This document shows, in pieces, positions 10,981 through 20,537 of a stretch of 64,000 bases of DNA. The DNA is from an uncultured Methanoregulaceae archaeon (GTDB taxonomy: Archaea > Halobacteriota > Methanomicrobia > Methanomicrobiales > Methanospirillaceae): the NCBI GenBank assembly GCA_963701095.1, contig OY969564.1, positions 1,600,001 to 1,664,000 on the forward strand. Direction: 5' to 3'. The translations under genes and the position numbers were made by a program. Under the pieces are notes generated by a model, which was not told the origin of the DNA, made no database searches, and saw nothing but the letters and a program-made list of their open reading frames with translations. Numbering within the stretch: position 1 is the stretch's first letter; each line of letters opens with the position of its first letter.

Positions 10981-11573
10981 ATGAAGAATGTCAGACGTCC
11001 GACGTATTCATTCCTTATCCTTGTTATCGGGCTTATCATCATCAACACTCTCCTGGCATGGTTTTCCATTTTTATTTCCCACATAGCGAGCCCTTCTCTT
11101 CCCACTGGTATCGCAGTGATCTCCATCGCAGCTGCTTTCATGGTGATCTTTACGCTCTGGTTTGGCATGTATGGAGCAATAGCAGCATATATAGGAGGAT
11201 TCTTCGGGGCAGGACTCTTCTTTGGCATGCCGCCGACCGGAGTGGTCTATTTATCATTTGCAGATCTTTGGATGGTGCTTATTCCGCTTGTGGCATTCCG
11301 TATTTTTGATGTGAACGTAGGAATCGAATCCCGTCGGGATCTCTTCCATCTCGTCCTGTTTGGCGTTATTATCAACAATGTTGTTGCGGCGACATGGGGT
11401 TCGCTATCGCTTGCGATAGGAGGTGTCATTGCGTGGAACCAGGTAATGGCGGCGTTTTTACCATGGTTTGTCGGAAACGCGATTACAACGATAATCATCG
11501 TTCCGCTGGTGCTCCATCGCTATACAGACGGGTCTCTCGATCCAAGATTTTTGTAAAGATGTACTGGTACTAA
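10981..11573 (+). CDS. Multi-pass membrane protein (MASE1-like); possible frameshift near 11529
   Basis: About six hydrophobic segments. As sequenced it ends at 11556; adding one C (GAC CGG) gives ...RVSRSKIFVKMYWY ending at 11573. Confidence 0.7.
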
Positions 11574-11650
11574 AGATCATTCTTTTAGAACCTGACTTTG
11601 AAGTAAACCTTGTTGAGGAATGAGGAAAAAGAGGGAGATAAGCAGAAAAT

Positions 11651-12565
11651 ATGGAAGTCAACGGACCGAAAGTCAGTAGGTATTTAGAAAAGTTCATTGC
11701 CGGGCCTGATAAAAAGATCCGGCTAAAAAAATACGATACCAGCTGGGTTCAGCACGAGTCGCTCAAAAATAGAAGCGAAGAAGAGGCAAACGAATTCCTT
11801 AAAGACATTCTTGCAAAGGATCATAGAGAGCTTGCCGAGGTACAAGAGATATTAGCAGCATCTTGCAGACGCAGTATCCTAATCGTTATCCAAGGGATGG
11901 ATACCGCAGGAAAGGACGGTACAATCAAGCACGTAATGTCTGGTTTAAACCCTCAGGGCTGTGAAGTCCATTCGTTCAAAGTTCCCGGTACTGAGGATCA
12001 TGCGCATGATTTTTTGTGGAGATACGAAAAAGTGCTCCCGGAGCGTGGGATGATTGGCATATTTAACCGCTCCTATTACGAGGATGTACTCGTTGTCCAT
12101 GTGCATCCAGAGCGAATGGAAGATCTCCCTACGGAGATAGGACCTGGCGCGAAAGGGTTCTGGGAGGGAAGGTACAAAGATATCAACTCCTTTGAAAAAC
12201 ACCTTGTCAGGAATGGCACGGTTGTTCTGAAGTTTTTCCTCCATATCTCAAAGGATGAACAGAAACAACGCCTGATCGAAAGACTCAGCCAAAAAGAAAA
12301 ATACTGGAAGTTTTCTTTCTCGGATATTGCAGAAAGAAAGTACTGGGACCAGTACATGGCGGTCTATGAGGAGATGCTTGAGGCCACATCAACTGAGTTC
12401 GCCCCCTGGTTTATTGTTCCTGCAGATCACAAGTGGGCGGCCCGCACTTTAGTTGCCGAAGCGATCACTTCGGCTATTGCGGGACTGAACCTTTCGTATC
12501 CAGAATTCTCAGAGAATCAGATACGGTACTTTGCAGAAGCGAAAAAGCAACTTGAAGAAGAATAA
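11651..12565 (+). CDS. ppk2: Polyphosphate kinase 2 family protein
   Basis: Walker A GMDTAGKDG, HDFLWR, FNRSYYEDVL, LKFFLHISK, WK...D..ER. Confidence 0.93.
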   Translation: MEVNGPKVSRYLEKFIAGPDKKIRLKKYDTSWVQHESLKNRSEEEANEFLKDILAKDHRELAEVQEILAASCRRSILIVIQGMDTAGKDGTIKHVMSGLNPQGCEVHSFKVPGTEDHAHDFLWRYEKVLPERGMIGIFNRSYYEDVLVVHVHPERMEDLPTEIGPGAKGFWEGRYKDINSFEKHLVRNGTVVLKFFLHISKDEQKQRLIERLSQKEKYWKFSFSDIAERKYWDQYMAVYEEMLEATSTEFAPWFIVPADHKWAARTLVAEAITSAIAGLNLSYPEFSENQIRYFAEAKKQLEEE

Positions 12566-13089
12566 TTCGGCTCTGTAGAGACGCACATAATTCGAAGACT
12601 CATGCATGCATGATTAAAAAAAGTGGTGCCTTCACTGTAATTCCCAGTCACAGATCATGATGAGGATTGAGTCCCTGATCATACCAGACGATAATTCAAC
12701 AAACCTGATATGCCTATTTTTCAACATTATTGTGTTCTTCATTGTCTGTTTACATAAAATGGTAATGAGACGCAGTAATTTAGCTCTTTATGATGTTAGT
12801 ACGACCTTTTTAGATAGGTCTTCTCCAGAGCCCGAATTTCGCCTGTCCATTTGAAAGATTTACAACTGCCTGCAGGCATTTATCCGCTTAACGTAAAAGA
12901 TATGGATATACTCCAAATACTTGTTCAATACCACCCCATTGATTTTTGTCAAAGTTTCAAAACTGCATCTTTCATTTTCAAAAAAGAAAATACCGGCTCC
13001 AAGTTAAGGAAATCAGGGTTAATGTAATCTTCTGTAACCTCTCAAGATTCACGATGTCTTTTGTTATTCTGATTGTGGAAATCGGCATT

Positions 13090-13355
13090 TTAGATGGGTA
13101 TGCCAAAAACCGAGATCGTTGCATGCCGCGTGCTGAGGATCCGGATCTGATCCACAACAAGCAGCCCGCAGTATCCACATTCATCAATGATGACTGATCC
13201 ATTGTGCGCAATCTCCGCGATTTGGCTGTCACCGATTGCGACCGTATTTCCGTTCGGAGATTTCAAGCAAAGTGCGAGTGCCATCGTGAAGATCAGGATC
13301 GCTGTAGAGCCAAGGATCAAAAAGAGAGATCGCGAATACCTCCCATAAAATCCAT
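13090..13355 (-). CDS. Possible small membrane-anchored hypothetical protein; start uncertain
   Basis: Open frame with a hydrophobic stretch LFLILGSTAILIFTMALALC. The ATG at 13355 is out of frame by one base, so the start may be frameshifted. Confidence 0.4.
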
Positions 13356-13387
13356 TACCCTCCCCGTACCATTGTAATAGGATTTTG

Positions 13388-14680
13388 ATGCGTATTGCCA
13401 TACAATCAGTCACACCTGATACCGGTCACGCGGAAATATGCGGATGGGTTCACGAGGTCAGGGACCTTGGAGGACTCGCATTTTTTCTAATCCGTGACAG
13501 AACCGGGATCATCCAGGTGACTATACCGAAAAAGAAGGCATCCGAGGCAGTTCTTGCTTCTGCAAAGAAAGTTTCTCGGGAATCTGTTGTTAGGATTTCC
13601 GGAACAATAAAAGGCATGGAGAAGGCACCTGGCGGAAGAGAGATGGTTCCGGACACTTTTGAGATTATCAATCTTGCCGAAACGCCTCTCCCCCTTGACG
13701 TCTCTGAGAAAGTTAGTGCCGAACTCGATACACGTCTTGACGCGAGGTTTCTTGATGTCCGCCGGCCCCGTGTTGCTGCGGTCTTCCAGATTCGTAGCGC
13801 CGCGATGTACGCAGTCAGTACCTTTTTCCATAGAGAGGGATTCATTAGTATAACTACCCCAAAAGTTGTCGCCGCTGCGACTGAAGGCGGAACTGAACTT
13901 TTTCCTATTGCCTATTTTGATAAGGAGGCATTTCTTAACCAGAGTCCGCAGTTATACAAACAAATGATGATGGCGGGGGGGTTTGAAAAGGTCTGCGAGA
14001 TCGGTCCGATCTTCAGAGCTGAGGAGCACAACACTACCAAGCACCTCAACGAAGCCACAAGTATAGATATTGAGGTTTCGTACGCGGATCATTATGAAGT
14101 TATGGAAATTCTTGAGAACCTGATTGTCAAGACCTATGAATATGTGAAAAGGAGCTGTAGTGATCAGTTGGCAAACCTCGAATGCACTGATTTTGTGGTG
14201 CCCAAAACCCCATTTACCCGGTTGCCTTATCGAGATGCGATCGAAATTGCCCAGAAAAAAAGCAGCGAATCCATCAGGTTCGGCGATGACATTAGTGCTG
14301 CAGCAGAACATGCAATTGGTGACGAAATGGGAAGTCACTACTTTATCACAGACTGGCCAACCGAGATCCGCCCATACTATGCGATGCCATATGAAGACGA
14401 CCCCACTATCTGCAAAGCATTCGATCTGATGCATCCTAGAATGGAGCTCTCAAGCGGTGCCCAGCGGATCCACCAGTACGATCTTCTCGTTAGGCAAATC
14501 CAAAAGAAGGGCCTGAACCCAGATAGTTTTGAGTTCTACCTCCGACCGTTCAGGTACGGGATGCCACCACACGCCGGATGGGGGCTTGGCGCAGACCGGT
14601 TGATCATGACAATGCTCGGACTTTCAAATGTCCGTGAAGCCGTTCTGTTCCCACGTGACATGCATAGGCTTGTTCCATGA
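13388..14680 (+). CDS. aspS: Archaeal aspartate--tRNA ligase, likely non-discriminating (Asp/Asn)
   Basis: OB-fold [16 protein letters not shown] loop, [27 protein letters not shown]. Confidence 0.96.
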   Translation: MRIAIQSVTPDTGHAEICGWVHEVRDLGGLAFFLIRDRTGIIQVTIPKKKASEAVLASAKKVSRESVVRISGTIKGMEKAPGGREMVPDTFEIINLAETPLPLDVSEKVSAELDTRLDARFLDVRRPRVAAVFQIRSAAMYAVSTFFHREGFISITTPKVVAAATEGGTELFPIAYFDKEAFLNQSPQLYKQMMMAGGFEKVCEIGPIFRAEEHNTTKHLNEATSIDIEVSYADHYEVMEILENLIVKTYEYVKRSCSDQLANLECTDFVVPKTPFTRLPYRDAIEIAQKKSSESIRFGDDISAAAEHAIGDEMGSHYFITDWPTEIRPYYAMPYEDDPTICKAFDLMHPRMELSSGAQRIHQYDLLVRQIQKKGLNPDSFEFYLRPFRYGMPPHAGWGLGADRLIMTMLGLSNVREAVLFPRDMHRLVP

Positions 14681-15579
14681 AGGCATATTTCATAAACAAA
14701 GTTCTTGCTACTACGGTCGTCGGGAGTTATCCCGTTGTTAAAGGAACCGGTATTAAATCTTTTTTTGATCCTTTCGGACCTTCAGTTGAAACTGCAGTCT
14801 CCGATCAGATTTCTGCAGGTATCGACATTATTTCAGATGGTCAGGTCAGAGGAGACATGATCGGCGTATTTTCCGGCAAACTTCCGGGGATCAAGGGCCA
14901 GGACGTCATCGGAAAGATCGAATCAGCATCCAGGCCCATCACCGTCGCAGATACAAAATACGCACGATCAAAGTCACTGTACGTCAAGGGAATTATCACC
15001 GGTCCATCCACGCTTGCTCATGGACTCCATATCAGCTCATCAATGTACCGGAACCGGGAGGAACTTGTTCCGGATTTAGCAGCTGCACTAGCCACGGAAG
15101 CCCGTTATCTTGAGGCTGTCGGAATAACGCTCCTCCAGATTGATGAGCCTATTTTCTCAACAGGAATTGCCGACCTCGCTATTGGAAAACAGGCAATCGA
15201 GCTAATAACCAGCTCTCTTAAAATCCCCAGCTGCATGCATGTCTGCGGTAACCTCGCAAACACTATCGACGATATCCTCAAGATTAACGTAAACGTGCTT
15301 GATTTCGAGTTTTCGAAAAATCCCGCAAACCTCGAACTTTTCGGGTCCCGGGATCTTGCCGGCCGTATGATTGGGTATGGCTGTATCGATTCGAGTGCAG
15401 AAAAAGTTGAATCAACAAATGAAATTAAGAAGCGGATTGAGAAAGGAGTCGATGTTTTCGGAGCACGGGCGATGCTCGTCGATCCCGATTGCGGTCTGCG
15501 GATGCGATCGCGGGAATCCGCATTTTGGAAACTCAAAAACATGGCGGAGGCAGCAAAAGAAGTCCGGCTCGCGCTATAA
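14677..15579 (+). CDS. Core (single-barrel) methionine synthase, MesA/MetE C-terminal type
   Basis: TTVVGSYP, SDGQ, QIDEP, Zn ligands HVC and PDCG; 300 aa only. Confidence 0.88.
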   Translation: MKAYFINKVLATTVVGSYPVVKGTGIKSFFDPFGPSVETAVSDQISAGIDIISDGQVRGDMIGVFSGKLPGIKGQDVIGKIESASRPITVADTKYARSKSLYVKGIITGPSTLAHGLHISSSMYRNREELVPDLAAALATEARYLEAVGITLLQIDEPIFSTGIADLAIGKQAIELITSSLKIPSCMHVCGNLANTIDDILKINVNVLDFEFSKNPANLELFGSRDLAGRMIGYGCIDSSAEKVESTNEIKKRIEKGVDVFGARAMLVDPDCGLRMRSRESAFWKLKNMAEAAKEVRLAL

Positions 15580-15610
15580 GATTATGACAAAATAAAAAAA
15601 AAGATCTTTT

Positions 15611-16231
15611 CTATACGACTCTTGATGTTGTCGATGCTTCAATTCCGCGATCTGTGATAATAAAGGGCAGAAGACGCTGGGGAGCAGCAGAATCACGTAT
15701 CTTGTGCACGGCAAGCGTCCGCTCGATCTCACTCTGGTGAATTTCCGTTTTGAGTTCAAGCACAATATCGGAGGCACGCATGATCCGTGTCATTTCGACC
15801 GGTGAATGGACATTGGTATAGACAATAACCATAAGATTGGAACTGCGTTCCTTCATCAGTTCGCGTGCATTCCGTAGAAATTTAAGCGCGACGTCTATCC
15901 CATATTTTATGATGATTGTCGAAAGTGAATCGATAACGATTCTTCCCCCAACCATCTGGGGAAGATACATTTCAGGGTGTATTTCTGACACATCCTGCAT
16001 GCCGTTTTCAACATCCCCGTCATTCATAAGGTAGGTACCTTCTTCTCCTTCAACCTTCCAGAACTGAACTGCCGCAAGATCAACCCCTGCAAGCGGCGAA
16101 CCATATACCATTATAACAGAGCCCGTAGGAAATCCACCATCTAAAAGAAGGTTGAGCCCGACTATACCGGTAGACCTCTTCTTGGGCTTGCCGCTTATCG
16201 GAATATCAACGATTTGGCTTTTTGTATCCAC
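15611..16231 (-). CDS. RAD55/KaiC-like RecA-superfamily protein with degenerate Walker A
   Basis: STGIVGLNLLLDGGFP, GSPLAGVD at the P-loop position, RIVIDSLS, FIITDRGI. Confidence 0.82.
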   Translation of the reverse strand: MDTKSQIVDIPISGKPKKRSTGIVGLNLLLDGGFPTGSVIMVYGSPLAGVDLAAVQFWKVEGEEGTYLMNDGDVENGMQDVSEIHPEMYLPQMVGGRIVIDSLSTIIIKYGIDVALKFLRNARELMKERSSNLMVIVYTNVHSPVEMTRIMRASDIVLELKTEIHQSEIERTLAVHKIRDSAAPQRLLPFIITDRGIEASTTSRVV

Positions 16232-16319
16232 GATTATATGCTCCGTTTAATATCATTAAGAAAACATTAAAAGGTTTTCGGGAATGATTCGATTTTCTCG
16301 CAGAATATTCGCGTCACCC

Positions 16320-17873
16320 TCATTCGGCAGTTATCTGGTTGAATTTTTCACGCAGTGTGCGGCGCAGGAGCTTCCAACCATGCACCCGGGGAAGATCATC
16401 AACGATGATGAGTCTTCGCGGGACCTTGTAGCCTGCAAGGTGTCTGCCGCAGAATGATTCAAACTCTGTTTCAGAGAGCGTAGTGCCGACTTTTAAGACA
16501 ACAGCAGCAACGGGGGATTCTCCTTTTCTTTCATCGGGAATGCCAAATACTGCGACATCTGCAACAGCCGGGTGCTGAACAATTACGTTTTCCACCTCGG
16601 TCGGGTAAATTTTCCATCCCGACATTATGATCATGTCTTTTTTCCGGTCGGTGATATAGAGAATACCATCCTTATCCATGTAACCTATATCGCCGGTCAA
16701 AAACCACCCATCGTTTCTGAACACTGCGTCGGTCGCTTCGGGTAAATTCCAATATCCCTTGGCAACAGATGGGCCCCGAAGTGCTATTTCTCCAATTTGC
16801 TCAAAAGAAAGCTCTTTTTCCGGATCGTCTGCATCTACAATCCTAACTTCAGTGTATCCCACTGCGACACCAACGCTTTGGTAGTTCCGGGTAAGTGCCG
16901 GGTATTCAGGTAATGTGGTTGTTCCTGATCCGATTACGATTGTCTCTGAGAGTCCGTACGAGTTTGCAACCGGTATATGGTACCGCTTATCGAACGCTTC
17001 CCAGACCGAAGGCAGAAGCTGACCACCTCCCGATATGATAACCCGTACCGTGCGGAGGAACTTTTCTGTTCCCGGATCACTATGGGTGAGCGTGTGAATG
17101 ACCGGTGGCATAGCGGCAAGAACGGTCACCTTGAACTTTTCTGCAAATTGGAGGTATTCCCGCGCATTGAAACGCTCCATCATTACAAAAGTTCCTCCGG
17201 CACGCAGGATCGCAAGTCCCCATGACAACCCCACATGCCCCATAGGGTAAATACCGAGATACACATCGTCCGGCCTAAGCCGGAGGGCTTCACGCTCGGC
17301 ATCAAGTGCGGTCATCCAATTCCCATGGCTGAGCATAGCACCTTTTGGTTTTCCGGTAGTCCCAGCTGTGTATTGGATGTGACAAAGGTCGTCGAACGCG
17401 CAATTGGCAGCTCTCATCGATGCAGGGGCCGGGGGAAATGCCCACCATGCAACTACTCCGTGTCCGGGGTCGGTTCCTTCATCGGCCACACAAATGACGG
17501 TCTCAAGGACCGCAGCTTTTTGTACTTCTGTTACGACATTTATCCCTCGAATATCGGTAATAATAGCACGAGCCCCGGCATCGCTTACCGCATGGTGCAG
17601 TTCATCTGCCCGGTATACGATGTTCGTGGGGACAGCAACAGCACCGATCCGCCAGATTGCAAAGTAGCTGATAAGGTATTCAGGCGAACTATCGAGGTAA
17701 ATACAGACACGATCCCCTTTTCCTATGCCAAGACAGGACAGCCCGTATCCAATGCGATTCGTCTCCGAACGAAGTTCTTTAAAACTATAGGTCTTGTCAC
17801 GGGATGGGCAGACAAGCGCCGCTTTTGCCTCAGGTACACTTTTTGCATCAAGGAGCGTGGTAACGTTGGACAT
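16320..17873 (-). CDS. Class I adenylate-forming enzyme (long-chain acyl-CoA ligase-like)
   Basis: YTAGTTGKPKG, YGLSET, GWFLTGDIG, DRKKDMII, LAGYKVPR. Confidence 0.9.
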   Translation of the reverse strand: MSNVTTLLDAKSVPEAKAALVCPSRDKTYSFKELRSETNRIGYGLSCLGIGKGDRVCIYLDSSPEYLISYFAIWRIGAVAVPTNIVYRADELHHAVSDAGARAIITDIRGINVVTEVQKAAVLETVICVADEGTDPGHGVVAWWAFPPAPASMRAANCAFDDLCHIQYTAGTTGKPKGAMLSHGNWMTALDAEREALRLRPDDVYLGIYPMGHVGLSWGLAILRAGGTFVMMERFNAREYLQFAEKFKVTVLAAMPPVIHTLTHSDPGTEKFLRTVRVIISGGGQLLPSVWEAFDKRYHIPVANSYGLSETIVIGSGTTTLPEYPALTRNYQSVGVAVGYTEVRIVDADDPEKELSFEQIGEIALRGPSVAKGYWNLPEATDAVFRNDGWFLTGDIGYMDKDGILYITDRKKDMIIMSGWKIYPTEVENVIVQHPAVADVAVFGIPDERKGESPVAAVVLKVGTTLSETEFESFCGRHLAGYKVPRRLIIVDDLPRVHGWKLLRRTLREKFNQITAE

Positions 17874-18027
17874 ATCTGACAGAATGATCTGATGATACGA
17901 ATGAGACCTTGATGTATTTAGGTGTTGATTTGTTGTACCGGTCATGTAATAGTGGAAGACACCCGGTGCACACCGCAATTTTGTAATAATTGTTCACCTA
18001 ATGTAATCGTAGTGGACGAGTGCAAAT

Positions 18028-18588
18028 ATGGCGGACATTCGGAATTTTATCGGATTTGCGCAGAATGAGACTTTAATCAAGGAATATGATGGCCTACGGA
18101 TGTACTATCCGGTGAGGGCCAAGATTGGCCTTGCCGCCACAAGCAAACGATTTATTGCATATTCGACAGTAAAAAGTTTCTTCGATATACGAACAGAATC
18201 ACTCTACCAGCAAGTAAATATCTCAGACATCAGGGGTATAGGTGTTGTACAATCCAAGCGATATCGCACCATACCGTTTGTTTTAGGATTTATTCTTATG
18301 CTGGCTGGCATCCTCCTCGCGGTTTTCGGTCTCGCCGGGAACATCTTTCTTGAGGCTGCAGGTGTTGCGTGCGTCGTTGCCGGAATTATATTGATTCTGA
18401 TCGGGTTTCTCTGGAAGAAGAACTTGTTCCGTTTCGAGATCTGGGGTAATGCCTGGATTCTCTCTCTTGGTGAATTCGATACTATCCGGCCTAAAACCAT
18501 TGCGGGCCCTGACCTTCTCAAAGTTGTCGAGGAATTGGGGGCAATAATTATAGAGATTCAGGAAGGTACTCTTTACGGGGGAGCGTAG
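18028..18588 (+). CDS. Hypothetical membrane protein with two TM helices
   Basis: 186-aa ORF with a central hydrophobic hairpin. Confidence 0.7.
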   Translation: MADIRNFIGFAQNETLIKEYDGLRMYYPVRAKIGLAATSKRFIAYSTVKSFFDIRTESLYQQVNISDIRGIGVVQSKRYRTIPFVLGFILMLAGILLAVFGLAGNIFLEAAGVACVVAGIILILIGFLWKKNLFRFEIWGNAWILSLGEFDTIRPKTIAGPDLLKVVEELGAIIIEIQEGTLYGGA

Positions 18589-18693
18589 ACTCAATATCTT
18601 GTCAAAGGGATTCTCCTAGAAAATGAGGGAGACTATTCCGGGCAGCAAACAATAAGTTTTTCTGCATTCTGACATGTATGATAACTGATATCT

Positions 18694-18957
18694 ATGGCTG
18701 AGGAAACGCATCAGGAACAACCTCCCCGCCAGCATAATGATGGGGATACCAATCATCGGAACATACGGGAGCACCATAACCAGCGTCCAGTGCAGGAGCA
18801 GCGACCGCAGGAACTTCCCGGTGAAAATCTTGATGCTGCTGAAGATGAAGAAGAACGCGGAGAGTCTCGGCGTCGGTCACATAGCGGGGGTCATCGCGGA
18901 GGCAGGCCGGTGAAAAAAGTATATGAAGAATGGGCAAATGATCCCTATTGCGAATAA
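18694..18957 (+). CDS. Small hydrophilic low-complexity protein
   Basis: 87-aa ORF filling the intergenic gap; Q/E/H/R-rich with the tail KKVYEEWANDPYCE. Confidence 0.65.
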   Translation: MAEETHQEQPPRQHNDGDTNHRNIREHHNQRPVQEQRPQELPGENLDAAEDEEERGESRRRSHSGGHRGGRPVKKVYEEWANDPYCE

Positions 18958-18983
18958 CCGATAAATAATAACCTTTCTCCCGT

Positions 18984-19394
18984 TTATTCCGGTCTTATAA
19001 AATTCCTGATAACTTTCTCCCGGATCGCTTCCTTAGGATATGCCCCAATCACCCGGTCGACCATCTTCCCATGAGAAAAGAAAACAATATTCGGGATCGC
19101 TGATATATTGAGTTGCATTGCCAGTTGCTGGTTCTCATCTGTATTACATTTTCCAAACGTAACCTTACCGGCAAATTCCTGAGCAAGTTCCTCTATCACA
19201 GGTCCTACTCTCCGGCAAGGACCGCACCATTCAGCCCAGAAATCAATGATAAGTGCCTGATGGGTACGGAGAATATCATTGATGTGTTGTTCGTCGATTT
19301 GGATAACACTTCCCGAAACGCCTTGGTGCTCCATCTTCTCTTTAAGTGCAGCCATTCGTTTCTCGCGGATTTCGTTGAGTTCATTATCGTCCAT
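18984..19394 (-). CDS. trxA: Thioredoxin
   Basis: DFWAEWCGPC, IP cis-Pro loop, archaeal N-terminal extension ELNEIREKRM. Confidence 0.93.
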   Translation of the reverse strand: MDDNELNEIREKRMAALKEKMEHQGVSGSVIQIDEQHINDILRTHQALIIDFWAEWCGPCRRVGPVIEELAQEFAGKVTFGKCNTDENQQLAMQLNISAIPNIVFFSHGKMVDRVIGAYPKEAIREKVIRNFIRPE

Positions 19395-19487
19395 AGTTGT
19401 GAATAATGCATCACTGCTAATTGAAGATAGCGAACAGCACAGATTTCCGGCCTATCCTTTGAGTAAAGTTTATCTGCGGGTGTCGTC

Positions 19488-19494
19488 TATATAA
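19488..19494 (+). promoter_or_regulatory. TATA box for the tRNA gene
   Basis: TATATAA about 19-25 nt upstream of the mature tRNA 5' end. Confidence 0.6.
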
Positions 19495-19512
19495 TTACCC
19501 TGATTAACCAGC

Positions 19513-19587
19513 AGCGAGGTAGGGTAGTCAGGATATCCCGACGGGCTCATAACCCGTAGATCGATGGTTCAAATCCATCCCTCGCTA
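19513..19587 (+). tRNA. Initiator tRNA-Met (CAT)
   Basis: Acceptor AGCGAGG/CCTCGCT (A1:U72); anticodon stem ACGGG/CCCGT with three G-C pairs; loop CTCATAA; T-arm GATGG-TTCAAAT-CCATC; CCA not encoded; pyrimidine-rich tract follows. Confidence 0.96.
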
Positions 19588-19731
19588 CTTCTTCTTTTCA
19601 ATCGATACCTTCATGAAATTCCAGTATTGTACCGGATTCGATCAACCCTCAGTTCTTAAAACTACAAAAAATAAACCACCGAAATTGATTTTGATCGATT
19701 CCGGTTGGGAATCTAATATCCTGACCCCTTG

Positions 19732-20409
19732 TCAGACTTTTCGAGCTACGGTTACAATAAAAGTCCGGTTCTTATAGATGACGTCCACATCAGAAAAACC
19801 GGCTTCATGAAGCCATGCTAGCTGGACTGAGAGCTTCTCGTTTTTGTCGAGTGCATCCCGGCGTTTCAGGATTTCCATCTGTTCGATGAGAGTAAGTGGC
19901 CCGGTCCTCAGGAAATCATCCCAGTAATCACGACACATTTCAGTAAAATATGGCGTTTCTCCTTCGGCCTGGTCAGCATTGACAAAGATTCCACCAGGTG
20001 AGAGAGCTTCGTAGATCCGCCCAAAGAGCCGGCGCTTGTCACCTGAATCAAGGTGATGAATCGAGAGCGAGGAGCAGATCAGATCGTAATGACCACCCAA
20101 TTCCACCTGTGAATAATCCCCGATCTGGAAGAAAACATTTTTCCTGCTTTTAAACCGCTCCCTTGCAACGGCAAGCATTTTTTCCGAAATATCGAGAAGG
20201 GTGATCGTGGAGGCAGGATATTTTTCAAGAAGGAGGGCGCTCAAAAGGCCAGTTCCTGCCCCGATGTCGAGGATTGCAGGGACATTCCGCGGGCTCTCTG
20301 CCGCCCAGACTGCAGCATCGTAATAGTCCCGCATATCGGGGATGATGAACTCTCGCTGTGAATCGTACACTGTCGCAACTGCATCAAAAGCTTTTCTGAT
20401 ATGTTCCAT
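19732..20409 (-). CDS. Class I SAM-dependent methyltransferase
   Basis: ILDIGAGTG, LDIS, YDLICSSLSIHHL, L.PGG.F. Confidence 0.9.
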   Translation of the reverse strand: MEHIRKAFDAVATVYDSQREFIIPDMRDYYDAAVWAAESPRNVPAILDIGAGTGLLSALLLEKYPASTITLLDISEKMLAVARERFKSRKNVFFQIGDYSQVELGGHYDLICSSLSIHHLDSGDKRRLFGRIYEALSPGGIFVNADQAEGETPYFTEMCRDYWDDFLRTGPLTLIEQMEILKRRDALDKNEKLSVQLAWLHEAGFSDVDVIYKNRTFIVTVARKV

Positions 20410-20537
20410 GATCCCCCTAGTACAAACCTGTCAGCACATGATATTAGGTAATATACACCGGATTTGCCGGTACTGGTAAAAAAGTACGGTGCTGCGACAT
20501 GAATTGAACTGAAAGAGGAGAGGGAAACAAATCCTTA

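Noticed and set aside
19513..20409. tRNA as an integration site for an island
   Set aside because: No integrase was found and no duplicated tRNA 3' end was noticed; the flanking genes are ordinary.
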